A stretch of DNA of 64,000 nucleotides from Tubulanus polymorphus (taxonomy: Eukaryota > Animalia > Nemertea), in the NCBI RefSeq assembly GCF_964204645.1, contig NC_134029.1, positions 16,238,950-16,302,949 of the forward strand. Direction: 5' to 3'. The translations under genes were made by a program, and so were the position numbers. The notes under the pieces were generated by a model that saw only the letters and a program-made list of their open reading frames with translations, was not told the origin of the DNA and ran no database searches. Each line of letters begins with the position of its first letter. The stretch's first letter is position 1. This document shows, piece by piece, positions 61,401-64,000 of this stretch.

Positions 61401-63702
61401 TTTGTCGCAAATAGATTGCATCCTCTATTACAGGAGTAAAGGATACAGCTCTGGGACCCGTTTCTCAAAAGATAGTTTAAATTAACCATCATCCAATATG
61501 ATACATGACTAAATACATTGAAAAAGATCAACTATGTACACATTTCAAATTTCAAACCATGTTTTATCATTAGAAAATTACGACACAACGTTCGATCTCT
61601 CACTAGGGATAATCTTTTTGAATTTGTACACTGAGTTTTCGTATCGTATTATCGTATTTTCAATTCTCTGCTTTTGAGTCAACAAGTACAAAGTTATTTT
61701 AGCAATGAAAATTTAATTGTCATTATAAATGTTAACTATCCACTGGTAAACTTACTAACTTTTGGCAACTTACCTTAGATCGTGGAATGGTCTCAGGTGG
61801 CCTGCTGATCCACTCTTTATTTATACTACTAAAGAAATATACAGTATAAGAAGTAAACAGTATATTAAAGTACTATTTATCTTTATATCGCGATAATTCG
61901 TGTACGTATGATTGAAAAATGATATTCTATCGAATCTCATGGTACTTATGATTATTGTGTATTAGCAACCCTCCACGGATACGAAGCAGCCTAAGTTTAC
62001 ATCCTACCAAAATTATCCTCGGAACTCTCAGCATTATTTCAAGGGTCGGTCTTAGAAAATATACGAAGGACGTGTTCACAGGTTAACGAGGCCAAAAATC
62101 TTCCCCAAAATTTCAAATTTTTACAAGCAAAGATAATATACTTCATGCTTTTGGTGCAGAAAAAAATACATGTCCACAAAATGCAAATTGTGTTTTCAAA
62201 GTAAACGATTGAGTGTGGAATTGTTTCGAATTCAAGGTTTTCCCATTAACACTCCGGTTTTTTCAATAAGATAAGTCAAACTATTGTTGTGATGGCCAGT
62301 TGAATACTTCATCATTATATTGAAAGATATGTTATACTTAATGCATATTTTCTTAGGACTTACAGCTTTCTCTATTGGTTAGCGTTGTGATCACTCAAAA
62401 TTAACCATAAGTTTGAATTCTCACTGATCTACTACATCTCTATAACAAAAATATATTTCATATCAGGCAATTAGCTTTGATCTGTGGTCAGTGGACAGCA
62501 GCTACGAAACATTTAAAACTACTACATTATCATTCCATCTATTCATGTATATATAATATGATATGATATCTTCTTTGTTCAGTTTAAAAGTCTTGATCGT
62601 AAAAGTTTGACAAGTCTCGCATGTTGGTACCGATACGCACGTTCACGCGAGTGAAATGTGCACGTTACAGGCTCAAATGCGCACGTTACAATTACAAATG
62701 GAAACGTTGTTCGTTCAAAACCCTACGTAAAAATCGTATGCATTTTAGCGGAATTTCAAAGTTAGCTCGCTACCTACAACAAAAATCGGACAAGACTTTT
62801 TCAAGCGACAAATTTAAATGTAAGAGCTAGTAGTACCAACGAAGGATTCACTAAACATATAAATTACTTATGGGGGTTCTGGTTAGCACCGGTAACTGGT
62901 CAGTACTGGTCAAGCATTGGTCAGTTAAACAATTTTTAGATTAATGCCCACATCATATCTAGTTATTTGACACCAAACAACTTAATTGTTTGCAAACAAA
63001 TAATTTACTATATGGTCAGTACTGGTCATGCATTGGTCAGTTAAAATACCATGGTCCACGCCACATTTGTTACCAAACATGATTGGATTGTGTCGTTTCG
63101 AAAATTAATCTGTTGGGCAATTTGTGGTCAGCCCTGGTTCGTTAGGTTCTTATTTTGCGGGCATTTTATCTCGAACCACCGAAAGACCGAATCACTAATT
63201 AATTCACCAGATCGTTAATTGCTGAAAATGAAGATTAGTGTTTAACTAATAGTCCTTGTCTGAACAAAATGTCTCTGGTATGGGTCCTATGGAATCATGT
63301 CCTTAACTGTACACCGTACTGTATCTTTGTACTGTATCTTTTTATGTTCACTACTACCGTAATTGACTATGATGTTTTCAAGTGGTCTTAAGTACCGCTA
63401 ATAGCCGAAAGTCGTTGATTTATGTGAAATTTACATACAGCGCCACCCGTTAATAGTAAAACTAACCCGAGCAATACGGGTGTTAAATAGATACGCTAGC
63501 AAACCGGCATTCTCATAATGTGTGCGCCGAATTCATGACAACCTCGTGTTCGAACTAACGGCCCGGCGCACGCAGTTCTAAACAAAGTATTAAATCGCAC
63601 CCCGCATTGGACGCTGACTAGAGCATGCGCAGAAGAAATATGCTGTGGCGGATAGAAAACAACGCGCTCCGTTTCGCGGATTACCGCAATTTGGTTGATG
63701 TT

Positions 63703-64000
63703 AGTAATTGGAAAAGTAGGCGTTCATACCAGAGGACGAGAGGACGAGACACCACTCATCACCACAAGTAATTTTTTTTCCTAATAACTGGGAGAGAATG
63801 AACACCAGCCAGAACATAATAATGTTAATAAAAATCAATATTATTGCCAATATTGTAAAAAATACGTCGATACATCTAATAAAACACGACATGAAAAAAC
63901 TGTAAATCATATAAAAAATGTAATAGATTTTGAAACTCCAGAAAATTCCAATGAAAGAAAAGAAAGATTAGAAAATATGAATGTGGATGAAATAAAATGT
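63703..64000 (+). mobile_element. Start of a third, diverged Polinton-like element (copy C)
   Basis: AGTAATTGGAAAAGTAGGCGTTCATACCAGAGGACGAGAGG resembles the A/B terminus; frame 63788-64000 encodes YYCQYCKKYVDTSNKTRHEKTVNH, like the pPolB N-terminal finger. Confidence 0.75.

Noticed and set aside
57520-63700. Short ORFs (59062, 59786, 62621) and possible host exons
   Set aside because: No recognisable motifs or consistent splice phases; the region looks like degraded repeats and intergenic DNA.

Overview
AT-rich, repeat-dense animal genomic DNA, probably from an invertebrate. The Helentron-type repeats resemble those of molluscs and other lophotrochozoans, but the taxon cannot be fixed from this window. 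One host gene can be rebuilt by hand: the bHLH-PAS circadian gene Clock on the minus strand (15 GT-AG coding exons, 43309 to 9080, about 545 aa, no poly-Q tail). Its 23-kb intron holds nested elements. A DIRS tyrosine-recombinase retrotransposon (10397-32237; ITRs and ICR intact) is split by a ~17.5-kb Maverick/Polinton-like endogenous virus (about 13526-30983), whose putative minor capsid gene is split by a Helentron-type non-autonomous element. A sister Polinton copy occupies 1-2458 inside a Sola2-like transposase, and a third, diverged relative starts at 63703. The most notable signal is in the Polinton family: 14 genes start in a TAAATG context, most with one of two upstream tract classes resembling poxvirus intermediate and late promoters. 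Two copies end in long fold-back hairpins with co-varying arms, a ~100-bp hairpin sits where the gene blocks converge, and no maturation protease is recognisable. Together these suggest (inference) a virophage-like satellite of a cytoplasmic poxvirus/NCLDV-type helper. Also present: an RTEX/CR1-group LINE, a CaRF-like MULE with SWIM and Ulp1 domains, hAT, Gypsy and Harbinger remnants, and many MITEs/HINEs. All calls are by eye; no database searches were run.
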